64,000 nucleotides of DNA from the human T2T-CHM13v2.0 reference genome, Homo sapiens, in the NCBI RefSeq assembly GCF_009914755.1, contig NC_060948.1. One strand, 5' to 3'. The position numbers and the translations under genes are program-made. This document shows, piece by piece, positions 1 to 19,716 of the stretch (its first letter is position 1; every line of letters starts with the position of its first letter). The notes under the pieces were generated by a model. The model saw nothing but the letters and a program-made list of their open reading frames with translations. It was not told where the DNA came from and did not search any database.

Positions 1-118
1 ATATAGTATATATAAGATGACACAGGATAAATATTATATACTATGACATATAAAATATATGAGGTTATATGTTACATATAAGGCATAGCACATAACATGT
101 AATATATATCATATATAA

Positions 119-410
119 TTTTTTTTTAGACAGAATCTTGTCCTGTTGCACAGGGTGGGGTACAATGGCGCCATCTTTGCTCACTGCAACTTCTGCCTCA
201 CGGGTCCAAGCGATTGCCCTCCCTCAGCCTCCCAGGTAGCTGGGACTACACCACACTGGGACTACACCAGCTGCCACCATGCCTAGCTAATTTTTTGGAT
301 TTTTAGTAGTGACAGCGTTTCACTGTATTGGCCAGGATGGTCTTGATCTCTTCACCTTGTGATCCCCTTGCCTTGGCCTCCAAATTTGCTGGGATTACAG
401 GCCTGAGCCA
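119..410 (-). mobile_element. Alu SINE (diverged, slightly 5'-truncated), U1, long form with 16-bp internal duplication
   Basis: T9-agacagaatct...gctcactgcaac...ctcagcctccc...tttttagtag...gggattacaggcctgagcca matches antisense Alu with both arms. Most CpGs have decayed to TG/CA. Confidence 0.95.
240..269 (+). repeat. 16-bp-period tandem duplication inside the Alu (ctgggactacacca-ca-ctgggactacacca), present in 21 of 27 units
   Basis: Direct repeat read from the sequence; absent in U2, U4, U8, U10, U11 and U12. Confidence 0.95.
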
Positions 411-985
411 AGATCCATATTTTTTAAATGAAAAAAAATTTCAAAGGTACTCTGCTTGGTACAATAATCAAATGTATAAACTGAGGAATAAAACATAACC
501 ATGAAACCTACTTATAACTGCATATGGAAAATACAGAGGATAATTTTTTAAATAACATATTTTGAAAGCCTTAACTAGTAATTTGAAGAGTTGGCATTTG
601 AAAGGCCAGTATGAATATACCTTCAAAGCAGCAACACAGGTTCCCCATGAGAAAAAGCAAACACAGGGAAAATAAAAACACAAAGGTTCAATCTCTTCTG
701 ACCTTTGAAAGACACAGCACAGACAGTGGTCCTTAGGACGAAGAGCAGGAGACCCCTAATTCCGTCACCATGGCGATAGGGCATAAACATTGCTGGGTGA
801 GGGCACAATCCACATTGTGAGGTCCAACTGCTGCCAGGAAGACAGGAGTGCTTTTACATAGACCGAAAGGTCATTGAAGGCTCAGAGTTTTGTTTCAAGA
901 ACTGAATCCCAAGCCCACACGTTATTCGGCTGCGCTTCTTAAAACAAGTTATGAGATGGGAAAAAGGGCACCCACAAACATACGT
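411..985. repeat. HSATI-type GC-richer subunit of U1 (repeated after every Alu copy)
   Basis: Non-Alu, non-simple sequence between the Alu 5' end and the abrupt switch to AT-rich DNA at ...cacccacaaacatacgtata. It is nearly invariant across the 27 copies. The HSATI name comes from known DYZ2 composition; boundaries are approximate. Confidence 0.75.
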
Positions 986-2812
<1,827 letters not shown>

Positions 2813-4917
2813 AGATCCATATTTTTTAAATGAAAAAAAATTTCAAAGGTACTCTGCTTGGTACAATAATCTAATGTATAAACTGAGGAATAAAACATAA
2901 CCATGAAACCTACTTATAACTGCATATGGAAAATACAGAGGATAATTTTTTAAATAACATATTTTGAAAGCTTTAACTAGTAATTTGAAGAGTTGGCATT
3001 TGAAAGGCCAGTATGAATATACCTTCAAAGCAGCAACACAGGTTCCCCATGAGAAAAAGCAAACACAGGGAAAATAAAAACACAAAGGTTCAATCTCTTC
3101 TGACCTTTGAAAGACACAGCACAGACAGTGGTCCTTAGGACGAAGAGCAGGAGACCCTTAATTCCGTCACCATGGCGATAGGGCATAAACATTGCTGGGT
3201 GAGGGCACAATCCACATTGTGAGGTCCAACTGCTGCCAGGAAGACAGGAGTGCTTTTACATAGACCGAAAGGTCATTGAAGGCTCAGAGTTTTGTTTCAA
3301 GAACTGAATCCCAAGCCCACACGTTATTAGGCTGCGCTTCTTAAAACAAGTTATGAGATGGGAAAAAGGGCACCCACAAACATACGTATACATTATGTAT
3401 ATAATAATATACAGTATCATATATATAATATATATAACCGATGTATAATATTGTTTTACATCCTGCATCTTATGTTATATATATTGTATAAAATATAATA
3501 ATTGATAATATATAAGTTTTATATTTATACAATATGACATATAGTATATATTATAATTTATGACATATATAATATATGTTATATATCATATATAGAATAT
3601 ATTATACGGTTAATATACGTATTAAATATAAATTATACATTATATATATTATATATAATATATCTGTTATATATAATACCCATTATGCATAATATATATA
3701 TTATGTCTATGTTATATATAGTATAAAACAACAGATAATAATATATAATTGTATATATAAAATGCGACATATAATATATATTATATTTTATAACAAATGT
3801 AATATATATTATATATTATATATAATACGTTGTATGTATAATACCTATATTAAATATATATTATATGACTATGTTATTAATTACATGTCACATGTGTTAT
3901 ATATTATATATTTTACATAGAATATACCGGTTACATACAATATATACTATGTTACCTATAATGTATAATTTATTACATGTAAAATAAACAATGCAATATA
4001 TTATGTATAATTTATAATATACAATATGTGGAATGTGATATATATAACATATAATATATGATATATGATATACAGTATATGATATATAACATACAATATA
4101 TGATTCCTAATATATATGGTATACAATATATATTTTATGACATGTATTCTATATGTTTTATATTCTGTTATATATAACTATTTGAAATTATATATAACTG
4201 TATAATATTTTATGTAAATATGTAATATAATATATATAACTATATAATATATTATATATAACTATATATTATGTTATATATACTTTTATAACATAATTTA
4301 CATAAAATATCATAATATAATATATATTATATTATTTCATATTACATAATATATATTACATATCACCCAATATAAGTAACATACATAATATTATAATATA
4401 GATTATATTATGTTATATTAAATATCATATATGTCATGTATCATATATTCTATAATATATATTACACATTATATAATATGTATGTTGTCTATTATGTGAT
4501 ATATATAACTATATATATAATTATATTATTATACATATAACTAGATAAACATGTAATTCTACATATTTTCATTTATAATATGTAGAATTATATAATCATA
4601 TATAATTATTTATATTCTATAAAAAATTTTATCATTATATAAATTATAATATATAAAAATTATAATATGTACTACAAATATATATATTATATATCATATA
4701 TGATATAGTACCTTTGTTATATATCATAATACATATAAATGTGTATTAAGTTATCTATAATTATATAATTTCATATATAAGATGTATAATATGTATCATA
4801 TATTATATATGTTATGTAATATATATAGTATATATAAGATGACACAGGATAAATATTATATACTATGACATATAAAATATATGAGGTTATATGTTACATA
4901 TAAGGCATAGCACATAA

Positions 4918-5232
<315 letters not shown>

Positions 5233-7335
5233 AGATCCATATTTTTTAAATGAAAAAAAATTTCAAAGGTACTCTGCTTGGTACAATAATCAAATGTATA
5301 AACTGAGGAATGAAACATAACCATGAAACCTACTTATAACTGCATATGGAAAATACAGAGGATAATTTTTTAAATAACATATTTTGAAAGCCTTAACTAG
5401 TAATTTGAAGAGTTGGCATTTGAAAGGCCAGTATGAATATACCTTCAAAGCAGCAACACAGGTTCCCCATGAGAAAAAGCAAACACAGGGAAAATAAAAA
5501 CACAAAGGTTCAATCTCTTCTGACCTTTGAAAGACACAGCACAGACAGTGGTCCTTAGGACGAAGAGCAGGAGACCCCTAATTCCGTCACCATGGCGATA
5601 GGGCATAAACATTGCTGGGTGAGGGCACAATCCACATTGTGAGGTCCAACTGCTGCCAGGAAGACAGGAGTGCTTTTACATAGACCGAAAGGTCATTGAA
5701 GGCTCAGAGTTTTGTTTCAAGAACTGAATCCCAAGCCCACACGTTATTAGGCTGCGCTTCTTAAAACAAGTTATGAGATGGGAAAAAGGGCACCCACAAA
5801 CATACGTATACATTATGTATATAATAATATACAGTATCATATATATAATATATATAACCTATGTATAATATTGTTTTACATCCTGCATCTTATGTTATAT
5901 ATATTGTATAAAATATAATAATTGATAATATATAAGTTTTATATTTATACAATATGACATATAGTATATATTATAATTTATGACATATATAATATATGTT
6001 ATATGTCATATATAGAATATATTATACGGTTAATATGCGTATTAAATATAAATTATACATTATATATATTATATATAATATATCTGTTATATATAATACC
6101 CATTATGCATAATATATATATTATGTCTATGTTATATATAGTATAAAACAACATATAATAATATATAATTGTATATATAAAATGCGACATATAATATATA
6201 TTATATTTTATAACATATGTAATATATATTATATATTATATATAATACGTTGCATGTATAATACCTATATTAAATATATATTATATGACTATGTTATTAA
6301 TTACATGTCACATGTCTTATATATTATATATTTTACATAGAATATACCGCTTACATACAATATATACTGTTACCTATAATGTATAATTTATTACATGTAA
6401 AATAAAGAATGCAATATATTATGTATAATTTATAATATACAATATGTGGAATGTGATATATATAACATATAATATATGATATATGATATACAGTATATGA
6501 TATATAACATACAATATATGATTCCTAATATATATGGTATACAATATATATTTTATGACATGTATTCTATATGTTTTATATTCTGTTATATATAACTATT
6601 TGAAATTATATAGAACTGTATAATATTTTATGTAAATATGTAATATAATATATATAACTATATAATATATTATAGATAACTATATATTATGTTATATATA
6701 CTTTTATAACATAATTTACATAAAATATCATAATATAATATATATTATATTATTTCATATTACATAATATATATTACATATAACCCAATATAACTAACAT
6801 ACATAATATTATAATATAGATTATATTATGTTATATTAAATATCATATATATCATGTATCATATATTCTATAATATATATTACACATTATATAATATGTA
6901 TGTTGTCTACTATGTGATATATATAACTCTATATATAATTATATTATTATACATATAACTAGATAAACATGTAATTCTACATATTTTCATTTATAATATG
7001 TAGAATTATATAATCATATATAATTATTTATATTCTATAAAAAATTTTATCATTCTATAAATTATAATATATAAAAATTATCATATGTACTACAAATATA
7101 TATATTGTATATCATATATGATATAGTACCTGTGTTATATATCATAATACATATAAATGTGTATTATGTTATCTATAATTATATAATTTCATATATAAGA
7201 TGTATAATATGTATCATATATTATATATGTTATGTAATATATATAGTATATATAAGATGACACAGGATAAATATTATATACTATGACATATAAAATATAT
7301 GAGGTTATATGTTACATATAAGGCATAGCACATAA

Positions 7336-7634
<299 letters not shown>

Positions 7635-9739
7635 AGATCCATATTTTTTAAATGAAAAAAAATTTCAAAGGTACTCTGCTTGGTACAATAATCTAATGTA
7701 TAAACTGAGGAATAAAACATAACCATGAAACCTACTTATAACTGCATATGGAAAATACGGAGGATAATTTTTTAAATAACATATTTTGAAAGCCTTAACT
7801 AGTAATTTGAAGAGTTGGCATTTGAAAGGCCAGTATGAATATACCTTCAAAGCAGCAACACAGGTTCCCCATGAGAAAAAGCAAACACAGGGAAAATAAA
7901 AACACAAAGGTTCAATCTCTTCTGACCTTTGAAAGACACAGCACAGACAGTGGTCCTTAGGACGAAGAGCAGGAGACCCTTAATTCCGTCACCATGGCGA
8001 TAGGGCATAAACATTGCTGGGTGAGGGCACAATCCACATTGTGAGGTCCAACTGCTGCCAGGAAGACAGGAGTGCTTTTACATAGACCGAAAGGTCATTG
8101 AAGGCTCAGAGTTTTGTTTCAAGAACTGAATCCCAAGCCCACACGTTATTAGGCTGCGCTTCTTAAAACAAGTTATGAGATGGGAAAAAGGGCACCCACA
8201 AACATACGTATACATTATGTATATAATAATATACAGTATCATATATATAATATATATAACCGATGTATAATATTGTTTTACATCCTGCATCTTATGTTAT
8301 ATATATTGTATAAAATATAATAATTGATAATATATAATTTTTATATTTATACAATATGACATATAGTATATATTATAATTTATGACATATATAATATATG
8401 TTATATATCATATATAGAATATATTATACGGTTAATATACGTATTAAATATAAATTATACATTATATATATTATATATAATATATCTGTTATATATAATA
8501 CCCATTATGCATAATATATATATTATGTCTATGTTATATATAGTATAAAACAACAGATAATAATATATAATTGTATATATAAAATGCGACATATAATATA
8601 TATTATATTTTATAACAAATGTAATATATATTATATATTATATATAATACGTTGTATGTATAATACCTATATTAAATATATATTATATGACTATGTTATT
8701 AATTACATGTCACATGTGTTATATATTATATATTTTACATAGAATATACCGGTTACATACAATATATACTATGTTACCTATAATGTATAATTTATTACAT
8801 GTAAAATAAAGAATGCAATATATTATGTATAATTTATAATATACAATATGTGGAATGTGATATATATAACATATAATATATGATATATGATATACAGTAT
8901 ATGATATATAACATACAATATATGATTCCTAATATATATGGTATACAATATATATTTTATGACATGTATTCTATATGTTTTATATTCTGTTATATATAAC
9001 TATTTGAAATTATATATAACTGTATAATATTTTATGTAAATATGTAATATAATATATATAACTATATAATATATTATAGATAACTATATATTATGTTATA
9101 TATACTTTTATAACATAATTTACATAAAATATCATAATATAATATATATTATATTATTTCATATTACATAATATATATTACATATCACCCAATATAAGTA
9201 ACATACATAATATTATAATATAGATTATATTATGTTATATTAAATATCATATATGTCATGTATCATATATTCTATAATATATATTACACATTATATAATA
9301 TGTATGTTGTCTATTATGTGATATATATAACTATATATATAATTATATTATTATACATATAACTAGATAAACATGTAATTCTACATATTTTCATTTATAA
9401 TATGTAGAATTATATAATCATATATAATTATTTATATTCTATAAAAAATTTTATCATTATATAAATTATAATATATAAAAATTATAATATGTACTACAAA
9501 TATATATATTATATATCATATATGATATAGTACCTTTGTTATATATCATAATACATATAAATGTGTATTAAGTTATCTATAATTATATAATTTCATATAT
9601 AAGATGTATAATATGTATCATATATTATATATGTTATGTAATATATATAGTATATATAAGATGACACAGGATAAATATTATATACTATGACATATAAAAT
9701 ATATGAGGTTATATGTTACATATAAGGCATAGCACATAA

Positions 9740-10054
<315 letters not shown>

Positions 10055-12159
10055 AGATCCATATTTTTTAAATGAAAAAAAATTTCAAAGGTACTCTGCT
10101 TGGTACAATAATCAAATGTATAAACTGAGGAATGAAACATAACCATTAAACCTACTTATAACTGCATATGGAAAATACAGAGGATAATTTTTTAAATAAC
10201 ATATTTTGAAAGCCTTAACTAGTAATTTGAAGAGTTGGCATTTGAAAGGCCAGTATGAATATACCTTCAAAGCAGCAACACAGGTTCCCCATGAGAAAAA
10301 GCAAACACAGGGAAAATAAAAACACAAAGGTTCAATCTCTTCTGACCTTTGAAAGACACAGCACAGACAGTGGTCCTTAGGACGAAGAGCAGGAGACCCC
10401 TAATTCCGTCACCATGGCGATAGGGCATAAACATTGCTGGGTGAGGGCACAATCCACATTGTGAGGTCCAACTGCTGCCAGGAAGACAGGAGTGCTTTTA
10501 CATAGACCGAAAGGTCATTGAAGGCTCAGAGTTTTGTTTCAAGAACTGAATCCCAAGCCCACACGTTATTAGGCTGTGCTTCTTAAAACAAGTTATGAGA
10601 TGGGAAAAAGGGCACCCACAAACATACGTATACATTATGTATATAATAATATACAGTATCATATATATAATATATATAACCTATGTATAATATTGTTTTA
10701 CATCCTGCATCTTATGTTATATATATTGTATAAAATATAATAATTGATAATATATAAGTTTTATATTTATACAATATGACATATAGTATATATTATAATT
10801 TATGACATATATAATATATGTTATATGTCATATATAGAATATATTATACGGTTAATATGCGTATTAAATATAAATTATACATTATATATATTATATATAA
10901 TATATCTGTTATATATAATACCCATTATGCATAATATATATATTATGTCTATGTTATATATAGTATAAAACAACATATAATAATATATAATTGTATATAT
11001 AAAATGCGACATATAATATATATTATATTTTATAACATATGTAATATATATTATATATTATATATAATACGTTGCATGTATAATACCTATATTAAATATA
11101 TATTATATGACTATGTTATTAATTACATGTCACATGTCTTATATATTATATATTTTACATAGAATATACCGCTTACATACAATATATACTATGTTACCTA
11201 TAATGTATAATTTATTACATGTAAAATAAAGAATGCAATATATTATGTATAATTTATAATATACAATATGTGGAATGTGATATATATAACATATAATATA
11301 TGATATATGATATACAGTATATGATATATAACATACAATATATGATTCCTAATATATATGGTATACAATATATATTTTATGACATGTATTCTATATGTTT
11401 TATATTCTGTTATATATAACTATTTGAAATTATATAGAACTGTATAATATTTTATGTAAATATGTAATATAATATATATAACTATATAATATATTATAGA
11501 TAACTATATATTATGTTATATATACTTTTATAACATAATTTACATAAAATATCATAATATAATATATATTATATTATTTCATATTACATAATATATATTA
11601 CATATCACCCAATATAACTAACATACATAATATTATAATATAGATTATATTATGTTATATTAAATATCATATATATCATGTATCATATATTCTATAATAT
11701 ATATTACACATTATATAATATGTATGTTGTCTACTATGTGATATATATAACTCTATATATAATTATATTATTATACATATAACTAGATAAACATGTAATT
11801 CTACATATTTTCATTTATAATATGTAGAATTATATAATCATATATAATTATTTATATTCTATAAAAAATTTTATCATTCTATAAATTATAATATATAAAA
11901 ATTATCATATGTACTACAAATATATATATTGTATATCATATATGATATAGTACCTGTGTTATATATCATAATACATATAAATGTGTATTATGTTATCTAT
12001 AATTATATAATTTCATATATAAGATGTATAATATGTATCATATATTATATATGTTATGTAATATATATAGTATATATAAGATGACACAGGATAAATATTA
12101 TATACTATGACATATAAAATATATGAGGTTATATGTTACATATAAGGCATAGCACATAA

Positions 12160-12474
<315 letters not shown>

Positions 12475-14602
12475 AGATCCATATTTTTTAAATGAAAAAA
12501 AATTTCAAAGGTACTCTGCTTGGTACAATAATCAAATGTATAAACTGAGGAATAAAACATAACCATGAAACCTACTTATAACGGCATATGGAAAATACAG
12601 AGGATAATTTTTTAAATAACATATTTTGAAAGCCTTAACTAGTAATTTGAAGAGCTGGCATTTGAAAGGCCAGTATGAATATACCTTCAAAGCAGCAACA
12701 CAGGTTCCCCATGAGAAAAAGCAAACACAGGGAAAATAAAAACACAAAGGTTCAATCTCTTCTGACCTTTGAAAGACACAGCACAGACAGTGGTCCTTAG
12801 GACGAAGAGCAGGAGACCCCTAATTCCGTCACCATGGCGATAGGGCATAAACATTGCTGGGTGAGGGCACAATCCACATTGTGAGGTCCAACTGCTGCCA
12901 GGAAGACAGGAGTGCTTTTACATAGACCGAAAGGTCATTGAAGGCTCAGAGTTTTGTTTCAAGAACTGAATCCCAAGCCCACACGTTATTAGGCTGCGCT
13001 TCTTAAAACAAGTTATGAGATGGGAAAAAGGGCACCCACAAACATACGTATACATTATGTATATAATAATATACAGTATCATATATATAATATATATAAC
13101 CTATGTATAATATTGTTTTACATCCTGCATCTTATGTTATATATATTGTATAAAATATAATAATTGATAATATATAAGTTTTATATTTATACAATATGAC
13201 ATATAGTATATATTATAATTTATGACATATATAATATATGTTATATATCATATATAGAATATATTATACGGTTAATATACGTATTAAATATAAATTATAC
13301 ATTATATATATTATATATAATATATCTGTTATATATAATACCCATTATGCATAATATATATATTATGTCTATGTTATATATAGTATAAAACAACAGATAA
13401 TAATATATAATTGTATATATAAAATGCGACATATAATATATATTATATTTTATAACATATGTAAGATATATTATATATTATATATAATACGTTGTATGTA
13501 TAATACCTATATTAAATATATATTATATGACTATGTTATTAATTACATGTCACATGTGTTATATATTATATATTTTACATAGAATATACCGGTTACATAC
13601 AATATATACTATGTTACCTATAATGTATAATTTATTACATGTAAAATAAAGAATGCAATATATTATGTATAATTTATAATATACAATATGTGGAATGTGA
13701 TATATATAACATATAATATATGATATATGATATACAGTATATGATATATAACATACAATATATGATTCCTAATATATATGGTATACAATATATATTTTAT
13801 GACATGTATTCTATATGTTTTATATTCTGTTATATATAACTATTTGAAATTATATATAACTGTATAATATTTTATGTAAATATGTAATATAATATATATA
13901 ACTATATAATATATTATAGATAACTATATATTATGTTATATATACTTTTATAACATAATTTACATAAAATATCATAATATAATATATATTATATTATTTC
14001 ATATTACATAATATATATTACATATCACCCAATATAACTAACATACATAATATTATAATATAGATTATATTATGTTATATTAAATATCATATATATCATG
14101 TATCATATATTCTATAATATATATTACACATTATATAATATGTATGTTGTGTACTATGTGATATATATAACTCTATATATAATTATATTATTATACATAT
14201 AACTAGATAAACATGTAATTCTACATATTTTCATTTATAATATGTAGAATTATATAATCATATATAATTATTTATATTCTATAAAAAATTTTATCATTCT
14301 ATAAATTATAATATATAAAAATTATCATATGTACTACAAATATATATATTGTATATCATATATGATATAGTACCTTTGTTATATATCATAATACATATAA
14401 ATGTGTATTATGTTATCTATAATTATATAATTTCATATATAAGGTGTATAATATGTATCATATATTATATATGTTATGTAATATATATAGTATATATAAG
14501 ATGACACAGGATAAATATTATATACTATGACATATAAAATATATGAGGTTATATGTTACATATAAGGCATAGCACATAACATGTAATATATATCATATAT
14601 AA

Positions 14603-14894
14603 TTTTTTTTTAGACAGAATCTTGTCCTGTTGCACAGGGTGGGGTACAATGGCGCCATCTTTGCTCACTGCAACTTCTGCCTCACGGGTCCAAGCGATTG
14701 CCCTCCCTCAGCCTCCCAGGTAGCTGGGACTACACCACACTGGGACTACACCAGCTGCCACCATGCCTAGCTAATTTTTTGGATTTTTAGTAGTGACAGC
14801 GTTTCACTGTATTGGCCAGGATGGTCTTGATCTCTTCACCTTGTGATCCCCTTGCCTTGGCCTCCAAATTTGCTGGGATTACAGGCCTGAGCCA
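14603..14894 (-). mobile_element. Alu, U7, long form
   Basis: Copy of U1 Alu; shares the cgattgCcct variant with U1. Confidence 0.93.
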
Positions 14895-16997
14895 AGATCC
14901 ATATTTTTTAAATGAAAAAAAATTTCAAAGGTACTCTGCTTGGTACAATAATCAAATGTATAAACTGAGGAATAAAACATAACCATGAAACCTACTTATA
15001 ACTGCATATGGAAAATACAGAGGATAATTTTTTAAATAACATATTTTGAAAGCCTTAACTAGTAATTTGAAGAGTTGGCATTTGAAAGGCCAGTATGAAT
15101 ATACCTTCAAAGCAGCAACACAGGTTCCCCATGAGAAAAAGCAAACACAGGGAAAATAAAAACACAAAGGTTCAATCTCTTCTGACCTTTGAAAGACACA
15201 GCACAGACAGTGGTCCTTAGGACGAAGAGCAGGAGACCCCTAATTCCGTCACCATGGCGATAGGGCATAAACATTGCTGGGTGAGGGCACAATCCACATT
15301 GTGAGGTCCAACTGCTGCCAGGAAGACAGGAGTGCTTTTACATAGACCGAAAGGTCATTGAAGGCTCAGAGTTTTGTTTCAAGAACTGAATCCCAAGCCC
15401 ACACGTTATTCGGCTGCGCTTCTCAAAACAAGTTATGAGATGGGAAAAAGGGCACCCACAAACATACGTATACATTATGTATATAATAATATACAGTATC
15501 ATATATATAATATATATAACCTATGTATAATATTGTTTTACATCCTGCATCTTGTTATATATATTGTATAAAATATAATAATTGATAATATATAAGTTTT
15601 ATATTTATACAATATGACATATAGTATATATTATAATTTATGACATATATAATATATGTTATATATCATATATAGAATATATTATACGGTTAATATACGT
15701 ATTAAATATAAATTATACATTATATATATTATATATAATATATCTGTTATATATAATACCCATTATGCATAATATATATATTATGTCTATGTTATATATA
15801 GTATAAAACAACAGATAATAATATATAATTGTATATATAAAATGCGACATATAATATATATTATATTTTATAACATATGTAATATATATTATATATTATA
15901 TATAATACGTTGTATGTATAATACCTATATTAAATATATATTATATGACAATGTTATTAATTACATGTCACATGTGTTATATATTATATATTTTACATAG
16001 AATATACCGGTTACATACAATATATACTATGTTACCTATAATGTATAATTTATTACATGTAAAATAAAGAATGCAATATATTATGTATAATTTATAATAT
16101 ACAATATGTGGAATGTGATATATATAACATATAATATATGATATATGATATACAGTATATCATATATAACATACAATATATGATTCCTAATATATATGGT
16201 ATACAATATATATTTTATGACATGTATTCTATATGTTTTATATTCTGTTATATATAACTATTTGAAATTATATATAACTGTATAATATTTTATGTAAATA
16301 TGTAATATAATATATATAACTATATAATATATTATAGATAACTATATATTATGTTATATATACTTTTATAACATAATTTACATAAAATATCATAATATAA
16401 TATATATTATATTATTTCATATTACATAATATATATTACATATCACCCAATATAACTAACATACATAATATTATAATATAGATTATATTATGTTATATTA
16501 AATATCATATATATCATGTATCATATATTCTATAATATATATTACACATTATATAATATGTATGTTGTCTACTATGTGATATATATAACTCTATATATAA
16601 TTATATTATTATACATATAACTAGATAAACATGTAATTCTACATATTTTCATTTATAATATGTAGAATTATATAATCATATATAATTATTTATATTCTAT
16701 AAAAAATTTTATCATTCTATAAATTATAATATATAAAAATTATCATATGTACTACAAATATATATATTGTATATCATATATGATATAGTATCTTTGTTAT
16801 ATATCATAATACATATAAATGTGTATTATGTTATCTATAATTATATAATTTCATATATAAGATGTATAATATGTATCATATATTATATATGTTATGTAAT
16901 ATATATAGTATATATAAGATGACACAGGATAAATATTATATACTATGACATATAAAATATATGAGGTTATATGTTACATATAAGGCATAGCACATAA

Positions 16998-17296
<299 letters not shown>

Positions 17297-19401
17297 AGAT
17301 CCATATTTTTTAAATGAAAAAAAATTTCAAAGGTACTCTGCTTGGTACAATAATCTAATGTATAAACTGAGGAATAAAACATAACCATGAAACCTACTTA
17401 TAACTGCATATGGAAAATACAGAGGATAATTTTTTAAATAACATATTTTGAAAGCCTTAACTAGTAATTTGAAGAGTTGGCATTTGAAAGGCCAGTATGA
17501 ATATACCTTCAAAGCAGCAACACAGGTTCCCCATGAGAAAAAGCAAACACAGGGAAAATAAAAACACAAAGGTTCAATCTCTTCTGACCTTTGAAAGACA
17601 CAGCACAGACAGTGGTCCTTAGGACGAAGAGCAGGAGACCCTTAATTCCGTCACCATGGCGATAGGGCATAAACATTGCTGGGTGAGGGCACAATCCACA
17701 TTGTGAGGTCCAACTGCTGCCAGGAAGACAGGAGTGCTTTTACATAGACCGAAAGGTCATTGAAGGCTCAGAGTTTTGTTTCAAGAACTGAATCCCAAGC
17801 CCACACGTTATTAGGCTGCGCTTCTTAAAACAAGTTATGAGATGGGAAAAAGGGCACCCACAAACATACGTATACATTATGTATATAATAATATACAGTA
17901 TCATATATATAATATATATAACCGATGTATAATATTGTTTTACATCCTGCATCTTATGTTATATATATTGTATAAAATATAATAATTGATAATATATAAT
18001 TTTTATATTTATACAATATGACATATAGTATATATTATAATTTATGACATATATAATATATGTTATATATCATATATAGAATATATTATACGGTTAATAT
18101 ACGTATTAAATATAAATTATACATTATATATATTATATATAATATATCTGTTATATATAATACCCATTATGCATAATATATATATTATGTCTATGTTATA
18201 TATAGTATAAAACAACAGATAATAATATATAATTGTATATATAAAATGCGACATATAATATATATTATATTTTATAACAAATGTAATATATATTATATAT
18301 TATATATAATACGTTGTATGTATAATACCTATATTAAATATATATTATATGACTATGTTATTAATTACATGTCACATGTGTTATATATTATATATTTTAC
18401 ATAGAATATACCGGTTACATACAATATATACTATGTTACCTATAATGTATAATTTATTACATGTAAAATAAAGAATGCAATATATTATGTATAATTTATA
18501 ATATACAATATGTGGAATGTGATATATATAACATATAATATATGATATATGATATACAGTATATGATATATAACATACAATATATGATTCCTAATATATA
18601 TGGTATACAATATATATTTTATGACATGTATTCTATATGTTTTATATTCTGTTATATATAACTATTTGAAATTATATATAACTGTATAATATTTTATGTA
18701 AATATGTAATATAATATATATAACTATATAATATATTATAGATAACTATATATTATGTTATATATACTTTTATAACATAATTTACATAAAATATCATAAT
18801 ATAATATATATTATATTATTTCATATTACATAATATATATTACATATCACCCAATATAACTAACATACATAATATTATAATATAGATTATATTATGTTAT
18901 ATTAAATATCATATATATCATGTATCATATATTCTATAATATATATTACACATTATATAATATGTATGTTGTCTACTATGTGATATATATAACTCTATAT
19001 ATAATTATATTATTATACATATAACTAGATAAACATGTAATTCTACATATTTTCATTTATAATATGTAGAATTATATAATGATATATAATTATTTATATT
19101 CTATAAAAAATTTTATCATTCTATAAATTATAATATATAAAAATTATCATATGTACTACAAATATATATATTGTATATCATATATGATATAGTATCTTTG
19201 TTATATATCATAATACATATAAATGTGTATTATGTTATCTATAATTATATAATTTCATATATAAGATGTATAATATGTATCATATATTATATATGTTATG
19301 TAATATATATAGTATATATAAGATGACACAGGATAAATATTATATACTATGACATATAAAATATATGAGGTTATATGTTACATATAAGGCATAGCACATA
19401 A

Positions 19402-19716
<315 letters not shown>

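Noticed and set aside
119-410. Active Alu source elements or 7SL ncRNA genes
   Set aside because: The 5' end and A-box region are truncated or degenerate, CpGs have decayed and the A-tail is only 9 nt. The copies arose by tandem duplication.
468-808. Recurrent 61-80-aa minus-strand ORFs (MCFYFPCV..., MCPHPAMF...) in every unit
   Set aside because: They are short, overlapping, start at non-ATG codons and resemble no protein family I recognise. Their conservation simply reflects satellite homogeneity, and the 71/80-aa difference is one stop-codon SNV.
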